From Alphaproteobacteria bacterium (GTDB taxonomy: Bacteria; Pseudomonadota; Alphaproteobacteria; UBA828): a stretch of 64,000 bases of DNA. The stretch lies in the NCBI GenBank assembly GCA_963422645.2, contig CAXXVO010000015.1:64001-128000 (forward strand). Direction: 5' to 3'. Shown here piece by piece: positions 9,833 through 21,008 of this stretch (positions within the stretch are counted from its first letter, which is position 1; each line of letters starts with the position of its first letter). Both the position numbers and the translations under genes were made by a program. The notes beneath the pieces were generated by a model, which was not told the origin of the DNA, did no database searches, and saw only the letters and a list, made by a program, of their open reading frames with translations.

Positions 9833-10852
9833 ATGGAATTCGCCATCACTTTCCGCGGCGATCTAGACAAGGATCGCATCGTCGCCATCTGCCGGCAGGC
9901 CGAGGCGGCGGGTTTCGACTACGCCTGGTTCTTCGACAGCCACGCGCTGTGGCGCGACCTCTACCCGCAGATGGCGGTTGCCATCGAGCACACACGGCGG
10001 CTGCGCTTCGGCCCCTGCGTCACCAACCCGATGACCCGCGAATGGTCGGTGGCCGCGAGCCTGTTCGGGGCGATGGCGGTGCAGTCGGACGGCCGCTTCG
10101 ACATGGGCGTGGGGCGCGGCGACAGCGCCGTGCGCGCAATCGGCAAGCGGCCGGCGACGGTGGCGCGCCTGGAGGAGTTCTGCCACGCGATGAAGGCGCT
10201 GGTGCGGGGCGAGGCGGTCACCTACGAGGGCGTGCCGGAGCCGGTGCAGTTCGACTGGACCGGCGGCTACGAGATGCCGGTCTGGGTTGCGGCCTACGGG
10301 CCCCGGGCGCTGGCGGCAGCCGGCCGTGTCGGCGACGGGCTGATCGTGCAGCTCGCCGATGTCGGCCTCTGCCAGTGGATGGGTGGCCAGGCGCGCGCTG
10401 CCGGCCGCGCCGAGGGCCGCGACATGGCGGACTATCGCGTCATGGCCTGTGCGCCGGTCTGGGTCGGCGATCGCGAGGCCGGGATCGCCCAGACCAAGTG
10501 GTTCCCGGCGCTAGTGGGCAACCACGTGGCCGACATCGTGAAGCACCACGGCGCCGGCACCGACCTCGTGCCGAAGAGCCTCACCGCCTACATCGCGCAG
10601 CGCGAAGGCGTCGGCGCCGATGAGGGCTACGACTACCACCAGCACACCGCGCTGGAGTCGGACAACAGCGCCTACGTCTCGCCCGAGATCACCGAGGACT
10701 TCTGCGTGATCGGCCCGGCCGAGGCCCATGTCGAGAAGATTCGGGCGCTGGAGGCCGCCGGCGTCACCCAGTTCAACATTTACCTCACCAACGGCGGCGA
10801 GGAGCAGATCGTCGCGGCCTACGCCGACCACGTGCTCCCGCACTTTCGTTAG
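9833..10852 (+). CDS. LLM-class (probably F420-dependent) oxidoreductase
   Basis: Motifs WFFDSH, GPCVTNP, GRGDSA and AAYGPRAL; adjacent to npdG. Confidence 0.87.
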   Translation: MEFAITFRGDLDKDRIVAICRQAEAAGFDYAWFFDSHALWRDLYPQMAVAIEHTRRLRFGPCVTNPMTREWSVAASLFGAMAVQSDGRFDMGVGRGDSAVRAIGKRPATVARLEEFCHAMKALVRGEAVTYEGVPEPVQFDWTGGYEMPVWVAAYGPRALAAAGRVGDGLIVQLADVGLCQWMGGQARAAGRAEGRDMADYRVMACAPVWVGDREAGIAQTKWFPALVGNHVADIVKHHGAGTDLVPKSLTAYIAQREGVGADEGYDYHQHTALESDNSAYVSPEITEDFCVIGPAEAHVEKIRALEAAGVTQFNIYLTNGGEEQIVAAYADHVLPHFR

Positions 10853-10957
10853 GAGGTAACTGCCCAGGTCTGATTCTGCCGAGCACTCGGACGTGATGGA
10901 TTGATGGTTCTGACCAGCCAGGGGTCAGGCGGCGCTTTCCCGGAGCAGCGCAGGATT

Positions 10958-12499
10958 TCAGAAGCGCAATACGGGGATCAGCTGGATTGGATCGGGGTGC
11001 GCCAGGGTTTCGAGGACATTCCAGCGCTGTTTTCGAGCGGTGGCGATGACGGATCGCAGGTTTGCGAAGTCGCGGGCGCCTTGTATCGAGCGGAAGCCGC
11101 CTGAGATTTTCTGGCGCAGCTTGCCCATTCGGAGGTCGCGCTCGGCCTCGTTGTTGGAGAAGGGGGTTCGCGGATCGGTGAGGAAGCGCAGGCACCCCTC
11201 CTTGTACTTCTGGAGTCGGAGGGCGAGGTTGTGACCGATGCGGCGCTTTTGTCGTCCGCGCTTTCCGGTCTGGAGCGGTGGCATTTCTTCGTGAGAGGCG
11301 ATGGCACGTTCGAGGATGCGGTCCCAGGCTCGCGAGATGCGGGCCACCAGTGAGGCGGGCACGTCGCGGTCGTTCTTGTGGGCGAAGCGGGCGGCTCTGT
11401 TGGCACGGATGAGGAGCCGGTGCGTGCTCGTTGCCCAGTCTTCCTTCTCGATCTCGATGAGGGCTTGGAGCTCGCGCAGGTGATGGGCGTTGCAGGCCCC
11501 GTGGCGCACGCCCTCGAGAGCGAAGTAGGTGGCGTAGTCGTCATGGATGACGATGCCGTTGAGCTTCTCGTCGATGTGGCTGCGCCCGGTGGCGACGCGC
11601 AGGATGGTGAGCAACGGGGTGCACAGCACATGGAGCCAATGGGTCCGGGCGGCGATGCGGATGCCGGTCTCGTCGAGGTGTTTGACTGGGGCTGCGGTGC
11701 GGATGATCTCCGCGAGGCGATCGAGGAAGCCCTCGAAGCGCCGGGCGGTGCGCCTTCCCATGGCGACGATGGTGGCTGTTGAGAGCTTGACCGCGAAGAG
11801 GTCGCTCATGACCTCGGCGACCCGCTTCTCGGGAATGAACTGAGCGTGCAGCAGGTAGGTCACCCACGCGGTGATGCGCGGCCCGTATTGGACCGGTGCG
11901 CTCACGCCGTTCGGGAAGACGGCTGTCGTCACGGTGCCGCAGGCAGCGCAGAGGCAACGATGGCCGCGATGTTCGGTGACCTCGAGGGGCTGCGGCTCGG
12001 GCACATCGAAGACCTGCCGGCAGACGGGGGCTCCGTGACGGTCAGCGTCCGACAGCGGCGCGCCGCAGCCCTCACAGGCGGACGGATCATGATCGACGAC
12101 ATGGTCGGGCGTCGCGGTCCGCTCCAGGGTAGTTCCCTTGTGGCCCGGCTGGCCGCCACTGGGCCTGTCGGACTTGCCGCGCTGGCTCCGGGTGCGCTTC
12201 TCCCGGTCACCGCTCTTCTTCTTCAGACCGTCGCTGGCCGGCGGCTTGGAGCTGGTGGTGCTGTCGAGCGCGGCGCTGCGCTCGAGTTCGGCGATCCGCT
12301 CGCGCAAGCGGGCGTTCTCCCGCTCCAGCGCGTCGTTCTCCTTGACCAGGGCCGCGCTCAGGCGCAGCAACCTCTGGCCCCATTCCCGAATGGCTTTGAC
12401 GGCGGTCATTGCGAAGGATTGTGGGGTGAAAAGGTCCTGCAGGCACGCGAAGGCCTCGTCGTGGGCAGCGAGGTCCTCGTGCCAGCGCGACACTGTCAC
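10958..12499 (-). CDS. IS66-family transposase
   Basis: Motifs SSKPPASDG, HLDETG, HDDY and NNEAERDLR; GTG start overlaps the MTase stop (GTGA). Confidence 0.93.
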   Translation of the reverse strand: MTVSRWHEDLAAHDEAFACLQDLFTPQSFAMTAVKAIREWGQRLLRLSAALVKENDALERENARLRERIAELERSAALDSTTSSKPPASDGLKKKSGDREKRTRSQRGKSDRPSGGQPGHKGTTLERTATPDHVVDHDPSACEGCGAPLSDADRHGAPVCRQVFDVPEPQPLEVTEHRGHRCLCAACGTVTTAVFPNGVSAPVQYGPRITAWVTYLLHAQFIPEKRVAEVMSDLFAVKLSTATIVAMGRRTARRFEGFLDRLAEIIRTAAPVKHLDETGIRIAARTHWLHVLCTPLLTILRVATGRSHIDEKLNGIVIHDDYATYFALEGVRHGACNAHHLRELQALIEIEKEDWATSTHRLLIRANRAARFAHKNDRDVPASLVARISRAWDRILERAIASHEEMPPLQTGKRGRQKRRIGHNLALRLQKYKEGCLRFLTDPRTPFSNNEAERDLRMGKLRQKISGGFRSIQGARDFANLRSVIATARKQRWNVLETLAHPDPIQLIPVLRF

Positions 12500-13164
12500 G
12501 AACCCTCGTCGGCCTCGACGGCCATGATCGCGGCCAGCACCGCCAGGCGTTCGCCCGCCGGCATGGCCTCGTAGCGCCGGCCCCAGTTGGCCGCCTTGCG
12601 CTTGATGCACTGGCGCTCGGTGAAGTTCCGGCCGGCGAAGCTCGCCCAGTGCACCCGGTCAGGCGCGAAGTTGAACCACACGACCTCGGTCCGCACCTGG
12701 GCCTGGGTCGTCACCTGCAGCGCCAGCCGGCGCCAGCCCGCCAGCAGCTCGTCATAGAGCGCAGACGGGTGGCCCGAGACCATCACCTGGCAGGGCAGAC
12801 CCTTGAGCAGTTCGAGGAGCGCGACGTGGTCGGCCTCCTCGTACTCGAAGCGGTAGCGCTGCGACGAACGCCGGGTCGCGTGCAGATAGGGCGGATCGCT
12901 GTAGACCAGCTCCGGGCCCAGAAACGGGAACGAGGCCAGGAAGGAATGGGCGCAGCCGGGCACCAACTCCACCGGGTAGTCGCAGCCAAAGGCCTCAAGC
13001 GCCCGCTCGTCGCGGTCGATCCCGATCGAGCGCATGGCCGCAGGCTTGCGCTTCATCAGCGCCCCGCCCCCAAGATGGCTCTCGATATAGACAGAGTGCG
13101 GCGGCATCAGCGCAATCAGCGCCTGGCTCAGACCGGTCGTCGCCTTCGACCCGAAATACCCCAC
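12496..13164 (-). CDS. Compact Dam/D12-like N6-adenine DNA methyltransferase
   Basis: N-terminal YFGSK, motif I YIESHLGGGA, motif II IGID, catalytic VYSDPPY and EVVWFN. Confidence 0.88.
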   Translation of the reverse strand: MGYFGSKATTGLSQALIALMPPHSVYIESHLGGGALMKRKPAAMRSIGIDRDERALEAFGCDYPVELVPGCAHSFLASFPFLGPELVYSDPPYLHATRRSSQRYRFEYEEADHVALLELLKGLPCQVMVSGHPSALYDELLAGWRRLALQVTTQAQVRTEVVWFNFAPDRVHWASFAGRNFTERQCIKRKAANWGRRYEAMPAGERLAVLAAIMAVEADEGS

Positions 13165-13548
13165 CGGCTGCTCCTCTCATGCGAGAGTGCAACCCATAGG
13201 CGAGAGAACCTATACAGTCAAGCGGGGATCAACGACGCGCCGACGGCGAAACGGCACCGACGGCAAGCAACATCAGCACGCACTCAGAACTGGCGGCGGG
13301 GTACCTGGGTAGTTACGTTAGGAGTAGGGTGTCGCCCTGGCGCGGGCGGACTGACGTCGCTCCGAGAAATCCGGCAGGCCTGTAAAGAACGCAGCGCGAA
13401 GTCCCGGTAATTCGGGCAGAATGAGCCGGCAGGCGCTCAGCCTTCTCGCATCAGGGAGGTCGGTTCGATGACCGAGATCGCGTCCAATTCACGCCGATTG
13501 GCTGTTGTGCGGACTTCTGGGAAAGCGCATCGGCCGAGATTCACCAAG

Positions 13549-14136
13549 ATGGCAGGACTGATCCCGGTTCTTGGTCTGACGGCACTCGTGACGCTCGGCG
13601 GCTGCGCCACGGTGCTGGAGCCCATGGCGGAGCCCAAGAGGGCCGTCGGCGATACCGAGGTCTGGCGCAGCCGGACGGGAACACTGACCCACACGCTCGT
13701 GGCAATGGACAGCGCCACGATGAGCTACGAGATCGCTGAGAACAGTTGCACCTACACGCGTCCCAAGGGCGGACTGCTGCCCTGGACGCAATGGTCGAAC
13801 TGCCGCGGCATGCCCGATGGAAGCCAGACCGTCACGGTGACCGAAGGACGAATCTGGCCCCTGGAAATCGGACGGTCGTGGCGCTACCGCAAGGTGGGCT
13901 CGGACAAGAGCGGTAACGAATGGAATGAGACGGCACTCTGCAAGGTCTTGAGTCAACGTCGTTCGCACGTCGAGGCCGGCTCCTATCACGCGTACCGCAC
14001 GATCTGTAGATCGAAGACCGAGCGCATCGAGATTTATTTGGCGCCCGCCATCGGGAGAAACGTTCTTACCTGGCACTCGCTCCTCGATCGGTCACAACCG
14101 CCGAAAAGGTGGAAACTGCTGCGTTTCACGCCGTGA
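13549..14136 (+). CDS. Hypothetical lipoprotein
   Basis: Hydrophobic stretch ending in lipobox LGGC. Confidence 0.65.
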   Translation: MAGLIPVLGLTALVTLGGCATVLEPMAEPKRAVGDTEVWRSRTGTLTHTLVAMDSATMSYEIAENSCTYTRPKGGLLPWTQWSNCRGMPDGSQTVTVTEGRIWPLEIGRSWRYRKVGSDKSGNEWNETALCKVLSQRRSHVEAGSYHAYRTICRSKTERIEIYLAPAIGRNVLTWHSLLDRSQPPKRWKLLRFTP

Positions 14137-14200
14137 CCGGACGGTTAGAGCGCGTCCGACTTTGACGGACGCGCGATAGGCCGCGACTGCGGCCGGCGCC

Positions 14201-15550
14201 TCAGTAAAGCTCGATGTACTCGTCCCGCTCCCACTGGGTAACGTGGGCGTTGAAGCGGGCGAGCTCGGCGCGCTTCATCGTGGTGAAGACGGTCACGAAC
14301 TCCTCGCCGAGCAACTCCACCATCGCCTTGTCGGCTTCGAGCGCGACGAGCGCGGCTTCGAGATTGGCCGGGAAGGGCGGCAGGCTCGGGTCGTCCTCGC
14401 TCGGCCCGTCGGACTGCGTGACCAGTGAGCGCTGCTCGCTGAGCCCGAGCAGCCCGCAGGCGAGCGTGCCAGCGGCGCAGAGGTAGGGATTGCTGATGGC
14501 CGACGACGCCCGCATCTCCACGTGCATCCCCGGCGAGCCCGGCTGCTTGATGCGGACCATCGCGCTCCGGTCCTCCTCGCCCCAGCTCACATTGGACGGC
14601 GCGAAGGTGTGGGGCGTGAGCCGGCGGTAGCAGTTGGGCGTCGGGTTGAAGAGCGCCGTGCAGGCGGCGCCGTGGTCGATGAGGCCCTGGACGAAGTGCC
14701 GCAGCGTGGGTGTCATCGCACTTGGGTTCTCGGGGTCGTAGAAGGCGCTCCGCCCGCTCTCCTTCTCCAACAGACTGATATGGTAGTGGCAACCGGAGCC
14801 CGCTGAGCTCGCCGACGGCTTGCCCATGAAGGTCGCGGTGTAACCCGCGTGCTGGACAATCTCCTTCACCCCGTTCTTGAAGGTGAACGCTCTGTCGAGG
14901 CCGGCCATCCCCTCGTCATGCCTGTAGACCAGCTCGTACTGAGAAGGCGCGTACTCGGCGTTCGCGGTCAACATCGGGATACCGGCAGCGCGCAGGCCGT
15001 CCACCACCGCGCGGATAGCCGGCAGGTGGTCGTTGCGCAGATTGTTGAAGATGTGGACGCCGCCAAAGAGCGGCTGGTGCGTCTCGCGGTCGAGCACGTA
15101 GAACTCGTACTCGTGGGCGCTCTCGATGCCGAAGCCGAGCTCGGCCGTCCTCTCCAGCATCCGGCGGGCGACGCCGCGGGGCGCGGCGTGAAGCGGCGTG
15201 CCGTCCTCCCACTCGGTGTCGCAGATCACCTTCGCCATGCCGTCGAGCCACGGCACCCGTGCGAGGGTTGCGAGGTCGGGACGCAGGGTCTGGTCCTTGT
15301 ACTTGACCTCCTCGTTGTAGAGGGTGCCGGGGATCACGTGGGAGGCCGTGTCGAGGGCGACGATGCCGCCATACATGTTCACACCCTCGCGGGCGGAGGC
15401 GGCGAAGCGCTCCACCGGCACCTGCTTGGAGCGTGCCGAGCCATGCATGTCCGGCAACTCGAAGCGGACATGCTGGATGCCGTCGCGCTCGAGCCGCGCC
15501 AGCGCTTCGTCTACCTGATCGCGGGCGCCTTGCCCTCCATTGTCGGCCAC
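14201..15550 (-). CDS. Glutamine synthetase-family (gamma-glutamyl-amine ligase-like) protein
   Basis: Motifs EYEFY, EYAPSQYE, ATFMGKP, GSGCHYHISL and EMR..S...NPYL. Confidence 0.88.
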   Translation of the reverse strand: MADNGGQGARDQVDEALARLERDGIQHVRFELPDMHGSARSKQVPVERFAASAREGVNMYGGIVALDTASHVIPGTLYNEEVKYKDQTLRPDLATLARVPWLDGMAKVICDTEWEDGTPLHAAPRGVARRMLERTAELGFGIESAHEYEFYVLDRETHQPLFGGVHIFNNLRNDHLPAIRAVVDGLRAAGIPMLTANAEYAPSQYELVYRHDEGMAGLDRAFTFKNGVKEIVQHAGYTATFMGKPSASSAGSGCHYHISLLEKESGRSAFYDPENPSAMTPTLRHFVQGLIDHGAACTALFNPTPNCYRRLTPHTFAPSNVSWGEEDRSAMVRIKQPGSPGMHVEMRASSAISNPYLCAAGTLACGLLGLSEQRSLVTQSDGPSEDDPSLPPFPANLEAALVALEADKAMVELLGEEFVTVFTTMKRAELARFNAHVTQWERDEYIELY

Positions 15551-15647
15551 GACTGCCTCCTTTCCGTCATGCCTAATTCACCCGCCGTGCGGGCGGCCCG
15601 AATTCGCGGTTTCAGGCGCGGCGAGTCAAGGGCGGATGGAGACGCCG

Positions 15648-16664
15648 CTACCCGGCCGCCGCCTCGGCGTCGGCGAGGAGCGGGCGGCGGCTACGGTCGA
15701 TCTTGTGCGCGACATGGGCGCCGGAGGTAATGGGCGCGTAGCGGGGCGGGTTGGCGTCGTCGGCACAGCTCGGCAGGCACTCGATCACCGCGTCGTAGTT
15801 GGGCTGGTGAAAGAAGAGCAGCGAGAGCCGGCTGCTCTCCGCCTCCTCGCGCGGCGGGTTGACCACCCGGTGCAGAGTTGAGCGCCAGCGGTCGTTGGTC
15901 CATTCCGCCATCAGGTCGCCGAGATTGATGACGAAGGTGCCGGGGATGCAGGGCACGTCGGCCCAGGTACCGTCCCTGCCCAGCACCTGCAGGCCGCCCA
16001 CCGGAGTATCGGAGGAAACGATGGTGAGGCTGCCATAGTCCGCATGGGCGCCGCAGCGGAGCTGCCCCGGCAAGGGCGGATTCGGCTGTGGCGGGTAATA
16101 GGAGGCGATGAAGTTGGTGATGTGGCGGTCGATCTTGTCGGCGAAGAAGGCCTCGGGCAGCCCAAGCGCGCAGGCGAATATCCGCATCAGGTCGTCGGCC
16201 AGCCGCTCCATCTCCCGGTAGTAGGCTTCCCAGAGCGGCCGTATCCCGGCCGGGCGGTCGGGCCAGAGATTGGCGGCGAAGAAGCGCCAGCCCTTCGGCC
16301 CGTAGTGGTAGTCGTCGTAGGCGTGGTCGTAGGGCCCGGTGACGAAGCTCTCGCGCCAGTCGGGCGCGCCCTCGTCCGCGTCCATGCTGTAGGCCACGTC
16401 CTCGCTGCCCACCGTCATCAGCCCGCGATAGCGGTCGGGCGGCATCTTGACCCGGAGCTTCTCCCAATAGGGCAGGTCGAAGAAGGCGCGGGTGACGCGC
16501 CGCATCTCGTCGGTCTCGGCTTGCGCGACGCCGTGGCCTGCGATGACGAGGAAGCCGATCTCGCGGCAGGCGGCGTCCACTTCTGCGGCGACGCACGCCT
16601 TGTCCTCGCGCCCGCCGGCGAGAAAGGGCGCGATATCGATGACCGGAACCACCGACTCTCTCAT
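15648..16664 (-). CDS. Isopenicillin N synthase-family 2OG-Fe(II) oxygenase
   Basis: Motifs VPVIDIAP, HADYGSLT, NLGDLM..WTND and STLHRV. Confidence 0.9.
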   Translation of the reverse strand: MRESVVPVIDIAPFLAGGREDKACVAAEVDAACREIGFLVIAGHGVAQAETDEMRRVTRAFFDLPYWEKLRVKMPPDRYRGLMTVGSEDVAYSMDADEGAPDWRESFVTGPYDHAYDDYHYGPKGWRFFAANLWPDRPAGIRPLWEAYYREMERLADDLMRIFACALGLPEAFFADKIDRHITNFIASYYPPQPNPPLPGQLRCGAHADYGSLTIVSSDTPVGGLQVLGRDGTWADVPCIPGTFVINLGDLMAEWTNDRWRSTLHRVVNPPREEAESSRLSLLFFHQPNYDAVIECLPSCADDANPPRYAPITSGAHVAHKIDRSRRPLLADAEAAAG

Positions 16665-16866
16665 CCTTTGCCCCCGCTGTGCCGGTCTAGCCGGCCAATC
16701 CTACCAGTGGGAGCCCGGGCCGCGCGAGTGGGGCAGTTGACGCGACCCGGATCGTGCCCAGATTCTCCGGGAGAAATCCCTACCGTCGCGTAATTTCGCG
16801 CGGTCGCGTAGTATGTCGAGAGGCCGAGTGGCGGAGGAACCGCCGCGCGCCGGTGGAGCGGAAGCC

Positions 16867-17859
16867 ATGCTGATCGACCCATTCGAGCGTCACGTCACTT
16901 ACCTGCGGGTCTCGGTCACGGACCGGTGCGACTTCCGCTGCTTCTACTGCATGTCCGAGCACATGAGCTTCCTGCCGAAGGCGGAGCTGCTGACGCTTGA
17001 GGAGCTGGATCGCCTGTGCAGCGCCTTCGTCGGCCTCGGCGTGCGCAAGCTTCGCATCACCGGCGGCGAGCCGCTGGTGCGCAAGGGCGTCATGGGGCTG
17101 TTCGAGAGCCTGGGCCGCCACCTGAAGACCGGCGCGCTCGACGAGCTCACGCTCACCACCAACGGCAGCCAGCTCCCGCGCCATGCGGAAGGTCTCTACG
17201 CGGCCGGCGTGCGTCGGATCAATATCTCCCTCGACACCCGCGATCCCGCAAAATTCGCAGAGATCACCCGTTGGGGCCGGCTCGACCAGGTGTTGGAAGG
17301 GATCGAGGCGGCGCGCGCGGCGGGGCTCAAGGTCAAGATCAACACCGTGGCCCTGCGCGGAGTCAACGAGGGCGAGATCGAGGACCTGATCGAGTGGTGC
17401 GCAACCGACGGCCACGACATCACCTTCATCGAGACGATGCCGCTCGGTGACATCGACGGCGACCGCACCGAGCACTACCTGCCGCTCTCGCTCGTCCGCG
17501 CGCGGCTGCGCAAGCGCTGGACCCTGGACGAGAGCGACCACCGCACCGGCGGGCCGGCGCGCTACGTCACGGTGCGCGAGACCGGCCAGCGGATCGGCTT
17601 CATCACGCCGCTCACCCACAACTTCTGCGAATCCTGCAACCGGGTCCGGCTCACCTGCACCGGCACGCTCTACATGTGCCTGGGCCAGGAGGACGCGGCC
17701 GACCTGCGCACGCCGCTCCGGCGAAGCGAGAGCGACGAGGCGCTGGTCGCAGCGATCCACGAGGCGATCGGGCGCAAGCCCAAGGGCCACGACTTCATCA
17801 TCGACCGCCGCCACACGCGCCCGGCGGTCGGCCGCCACATGAGCGTGACCGGCGGCTGA
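16867..17859 (+). CDS. moaA: GTP 3',8-cyclase (molybdenum cofactor biosynthesis)
   Basis: Motifs [18 protein letters not shown] and FCESCNRVR; C-terminal GG. Confidence 0.97.
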   Translation: MLIDPFERHVTYLRVSVTDRCDFRCFYCMSEHMSFLPKAELLTLEELDRLCSAFVGLGVRKLRITGGEPLVRKGVMGLFESLGRHLKTGALDELTLTTNGSQLPRHAEGLYAAGVRRINISLDTRDPAKFAEITRWGRLDQVLEGIEAARAAGLKVKINTVALRGVNEGEIEDLIEWCATDGHDITFIETMPLGDIDGDRTEHYLPLSLVRARLRKRWTLDESDHRTGGPARYVTVRETGQRIGFITPLTHNFCESCNRVRLTCTGTLYMCLGQEDAADLRTPLRRSESDEALVAAIHEAIGRKPKGHDFIIDRRHTRPAVGRHMSVTGG

Positions 17860-17914
17860 CCCGCCGCTCAGACAGCGTCCCGCGCCGCGTCGGCGCAGCC
17901 CATCGGGAGACCCC

Positions 17915-18682
17915 ATGCGTTATCGGAGGATCGCCGCCGTCGCGTCGACCGCCGCCGATGCCCAGGCGGCACTCGCCGAGGTTGCCGAACGCTATCCTTT
18001 GACCGAGCCAGCCGACGCCGACGTCATCGTCGCGCTCGGGGGCGACGGCTTCATGTTGGAGACCCAGCACCACCTGCTGCGCCAAGGCAAGCCCATCTAC
18101 GGCATGAGCCGGGGCACCGTCGGCTTCCTGATGAACGAATTCTCCCTCGACGACCTGCCCACGCGGCTGGAGCAGGCCCACAGCACGGTCCTGCACCCGC
18201 TCAGCATGCGAGCCAGGACGATCCACGGCGAGGCGCACGAGGCGCTCGCCATCAACGAGGTCTCGATGCTGCGTGAGACCCGCCAGGCCGCCAAGATCAG
18301 GATCAGTGTGGACGGCGTCGTGCGCGTGCCTGAGCTCATCTGCGACGGCATGATCGTGGCGACGCCCGCCGGCAGTACCGCCTACAACCTCTCGGCCCAC
18401 GGGCCGATCATCCCGCTCGGCGCCAACATCCTCGCGCTCACGCCGATCAGCGCCTTCCGCCCGCGCCGCTGGCGGGGCGCGCTGCTGCTGCACGAGGCCA
18501 CCGTTCGGCTCGAGGTGATCGAGCACGACAAACGCCCGGTCAGCGCGGTCGCCGACTACACCGAGGTGCGGGACGTGGCGTCGGTCGAGGTCGCGGTCGA
18601 TCACGCGACGGCGATCAATTTTCTGTTCGATCCTGAGCATAGCCTCACCGAGCGCATCCTCGCCGAGCAGTTCACCCCCTGA
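17915..18682 (+). CDS. nadK: NAD kinase
   Basis: Motifs [27 protein letters not shown] and RPRRW. Confidence 0.93.
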   Translation: MRYRRIAAVASTAADAQAALAEVAERYPLTEPADADVIVALGGDGFMLETQHHLLRQGKPIYGMSRGTVGFLMNEFSLDDLPTRLEQAHSTVLHPLSMRARTIHGEAHEALAINEVSMLRETRQAAKIRISVDGVVRVPELICDGMIVATPAGSTAYNLSAHGPIIPLGANILALTPISAFRPRRWRGALLLHEATVRLEVIEHDKRPVSAVADYTEVRDVASVEVAVDHATAINFLFDPEHSLTERILAEQFTP

Positions 18683-18695
18683 AGGGGCGCGATCC

Positions 18696-19790
18696 GTGAA
18701 ACGACCGGGCGCCCTGTTCGTCGACGGATTCCGGGCCGCGCGGCTCCGCGTCGCCGGCTTGCGCTTTGCGCTTTCCATCGGCCTCGGCGCCGTCGGCGGG
18801 GCGGTTTTCTTCGCGCTGGCGTTGCCGCTCCCCTGGATGCTGGGCGCCATGACCCTCGCGACGGGAGCGGCGCTTGCCGGCGCGCCGCTCGCGGTTCCCG
18901 CGCAGGTCCGCAACGCCATGATCGCGATCCTGGGCGTTTTGCTGGGAAGCCAGTTCACCATCGACCTCTTCGCCCGAATCGCGGAGTGGTACGTGGGTCT
19001 CTCGGGCGTGGTGCTCTCCACGGCGTTGGCGGCAGGTCTGGCCTATGTCGTCTTCCGTAAGCTGGGCGGTTACGACCGCGTGTCCGCCTACTTCTCGTCG
19101 ATGCCGGGCGGGCTCAGCGAGATGATGGTGCTGGGCGAGACCATGGGCGGCGACGGTCGCACGATTTCGCTCACCCACGCCACGCGCATCCTGGTCGCCG
19201 TCTTCCTGATCGCCTTCTACTTCCGGCTGGTCGAGGGGGTCGCCCCGCTGGGCCTGCCGGTACCCACCGGCGGGGCGGCGGACTGGATCGACATCCTCGC
19301 GCTCATCGCCTGTGCGCTGATCGGCTATCCGGCGGCGAAGGCGCTACGGGTGCCGGCGGCGCAGCTGGTGGGGCCGATGGTGCTGAGCGCCGCCCTGCAC
19401 TTGAGCGGACTGGTCTCGGCACAGCCGCCGGGCGAGCTGATCGCAGCTGCCCAAGTGGTGCTCGGCGGCGCCATCGGGGCGCGCTTCGTGGGTATGGCGT
19501 TCAGCGAGCTCCGGCGGATCATGCTGCTGGCCGCCCTGGTGGCGGTGATGATGGTACTGGTCACCGCCGGCGCCGCTTACGGCCTTGCCGCCGTCGCGGG
19601 CCAATCGGGCCCGACCCTGTTCCTCGCCTTCGCCCCCGGCGGGCTTGCCGAGATGAGCCTGATCGCGCTCACGATGGGGAGCGCCGCCGCCTTCGTCTCG
19701 ACCCACCACATCGCGCGGATCATACTGATCGTGATCGTGGCTCCCTTGATATTTCGTCTCGCCCAGGCGCGCCGACGCTCGCTAAGTTAG
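18696..19790 (+). CDS. AbrB-family membrane protein
   Basis: Motifs PLPWMLGAM and duplicated PGGLSEM/PGGLAEM; multiple TM segments. Confidence 0.88.
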   Translation: MKRPGALFVDGFRAARLRVAGLRFALSIGLGAVGGAVFFALALPLPWMLGAMTLATGAALAGAPLAVPAQVRNAMIAILGVLLGSQFTIDLFARIAEWYVGLSGVVLSTALAAGLAYVVFRKLGGYDRVSAYFSSMPGGLSEMMVLGETMGGDGRTISLTHATRILVAVFLIAFYFRLVEGVAPLGLPVPTGGAADWIDILALIACALIGYPAAKALRVPAAQLVGPMVLSAALHLSGLVSAQPPGELIAAAQVVLGGAIGARFVGMAFSELRRIMLLAALVAVMMVLVTAGAAYGLAAVAGQSGPTLFLAFAPGGLAEMSLIALTMGSAAAFVSTHHIARIILIVIVAPLIFRLAQARRRSLS

Positions 19791-19797
19791 GCCGGTC

Positions 19798-20937
19798 ATG
19801 GATTTCAACCTTTCTGAGGAGCAAGAGGCGTTCCGCGAGCTCGCGCAGAGCTTTGCCGAGAACGAGCTCGCCCCTCACGCGGCCCAGTGGGACCGGGACT
19901 GCACCTTTCCGGTGGAGACCCTGCGCAAGGCCGCGGCGCTCGGCTTCGGCGGCATCTACGTGGGCGACGATGTCGGCGGGTCGAACCTTACGCGGCTCGA
20001 TGCCGCGCTGATCTTCGAGGGGGTGGCGCGGGGCTGCGCCTCGACCGCAGCCTATATCTCGATCCACAACATGGCGTCCTGGATGATCGACCGCTTCGGC
20101 GGCGAAGCTCAGCGCAGGCGCTTCCTGCCGCGTCTCGCAAGCATGGAGCACTTCGCGAGCTACTGCTTGACCGAGCCGGGTTCGGGCTCCGACGCCGCCT
20201 CGCTCAAGACCAGTGCCCGCCGCGACGGCGATGACTACGTGCTCAACGGCACCAAGGCGTTCATCTCCGGCGGCGGCTTAGCGGATGTCTACGTCTGCAT
20301 GGTGCGCACCGGCGGGCCCGGCCCAGACGGCATTTCCTGCATTGCGGTGGAGCGGGATGCGCCCGGACTCAACTTCGGCGCCCAGGAGAAGAAGCTCGGC
20401 TGGCACAGCCAACCGACGGCGATGGTGATCTTCGAGGACTGCCGCGTGCTGGCCGAAAACCTCATCGGCGCGGAGGGCCAGGGCTTCAAGATCGCCATGG
20501 CAGGCCTCGACGGCGGGCGCATCAACATCGGGGCCTGTTCGATCGGCGCGGCCCAGGCAAGCCTGGAGATCGCCCGCGATCATCTGCTCCAGCGCGAGCA
20601 ATTCGGCCGCAAGCTCGCCGATTTCCAGGCGCTCCAGTTCAAACTCGCCGACATGGCGACGAACCTGGAGGCCGCCCGCCTGATGATCCACCGCGCGGCG
20701 GCCGCGCTCGACGCGCGCGAGGACGGCGCCACCGCCACCATCGCCATGGCCAAGCGCCTCGCCACCGATACCGGCTTCGAGGTCTGCAACCAGGCGCTCC
20801 AGCTGCTTGGCGGCTACGGCTATCTGATGGATTTCCCGGTGGAGCGCCACCTGCGGGACCTGCGCGTTCATCAGATCCTCGAAGGCACCAACGAGATCAT
20901 GCGCCTCATCATCGCCCGCCGCCTGCTAGCCGAGTGA
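19798..20937 (+). CDS. Acyl-CoA dehydrogenase (isobutyryl-CoA dehydrogenase-like)
   Basis: Motifs [23 protein letters not shown] and [10 protein letters not shown]. Confidence 0.92.
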   Translation: MDFNLSEEQEAFRELAQSFAENELAPHAAQWDRDCTFPVETLRKAAALGFGGIYVGDDVGGSNLTRLDAALIFEGVARGCASTAAYISIHNMASWMIDRFGGEAQRRRFLPRLASMEHFASYCLTEPGSGSDAASLKTSARRDGDDYVLNGTKAFISGGGLADVYVCMVRTGGPGPDGISCIAVERDAPGLNFGAQEKKLGWHSQPTAMVIFEDCRVLAENLIGAEGQGFKIAMAGLDGGRINIGACSIGAAQASLEIARDHLLQREQFGRKLADFQALQFKLADMATNLEAARLMIHRAAAALDAREDGATATIAMAKRLATDTGFEVCNQALQLLGGYGYLMDFPVERHLRDLRVHQILEGTNEIMRLIIARRLLAE

Positions 20938-21008
20938 AGCGGCACGGCTATTCCCCCATCGGGGCGTAGTCCTTAGGATGCCCGGCAATCGAGCGGGGCG
21001 GAGCGACC

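Larger units (their letters stand above)
10856..13316 (-). mobile_element. IS66-family element carrying a DNA methyltransferase gene (variant A)
   Basis: IRs GTAACT(A/G)CCCAGGT; perfect 8-bp TSD GTTAGGAG at 10848-10855 and 13317-13324. Confidence 0.95.

Noticed and set aside
12496-13164. MTase as part of a restriction-modification system or prophage
   Set aside because: There is no endonuclease, specificity subunit or phage gene nearby, and the gene lies inside IRs and a TSD.
16665-16866. Moco riboswitch upstream of moaA
   Set aside because: No recognisable consensus could be seen.
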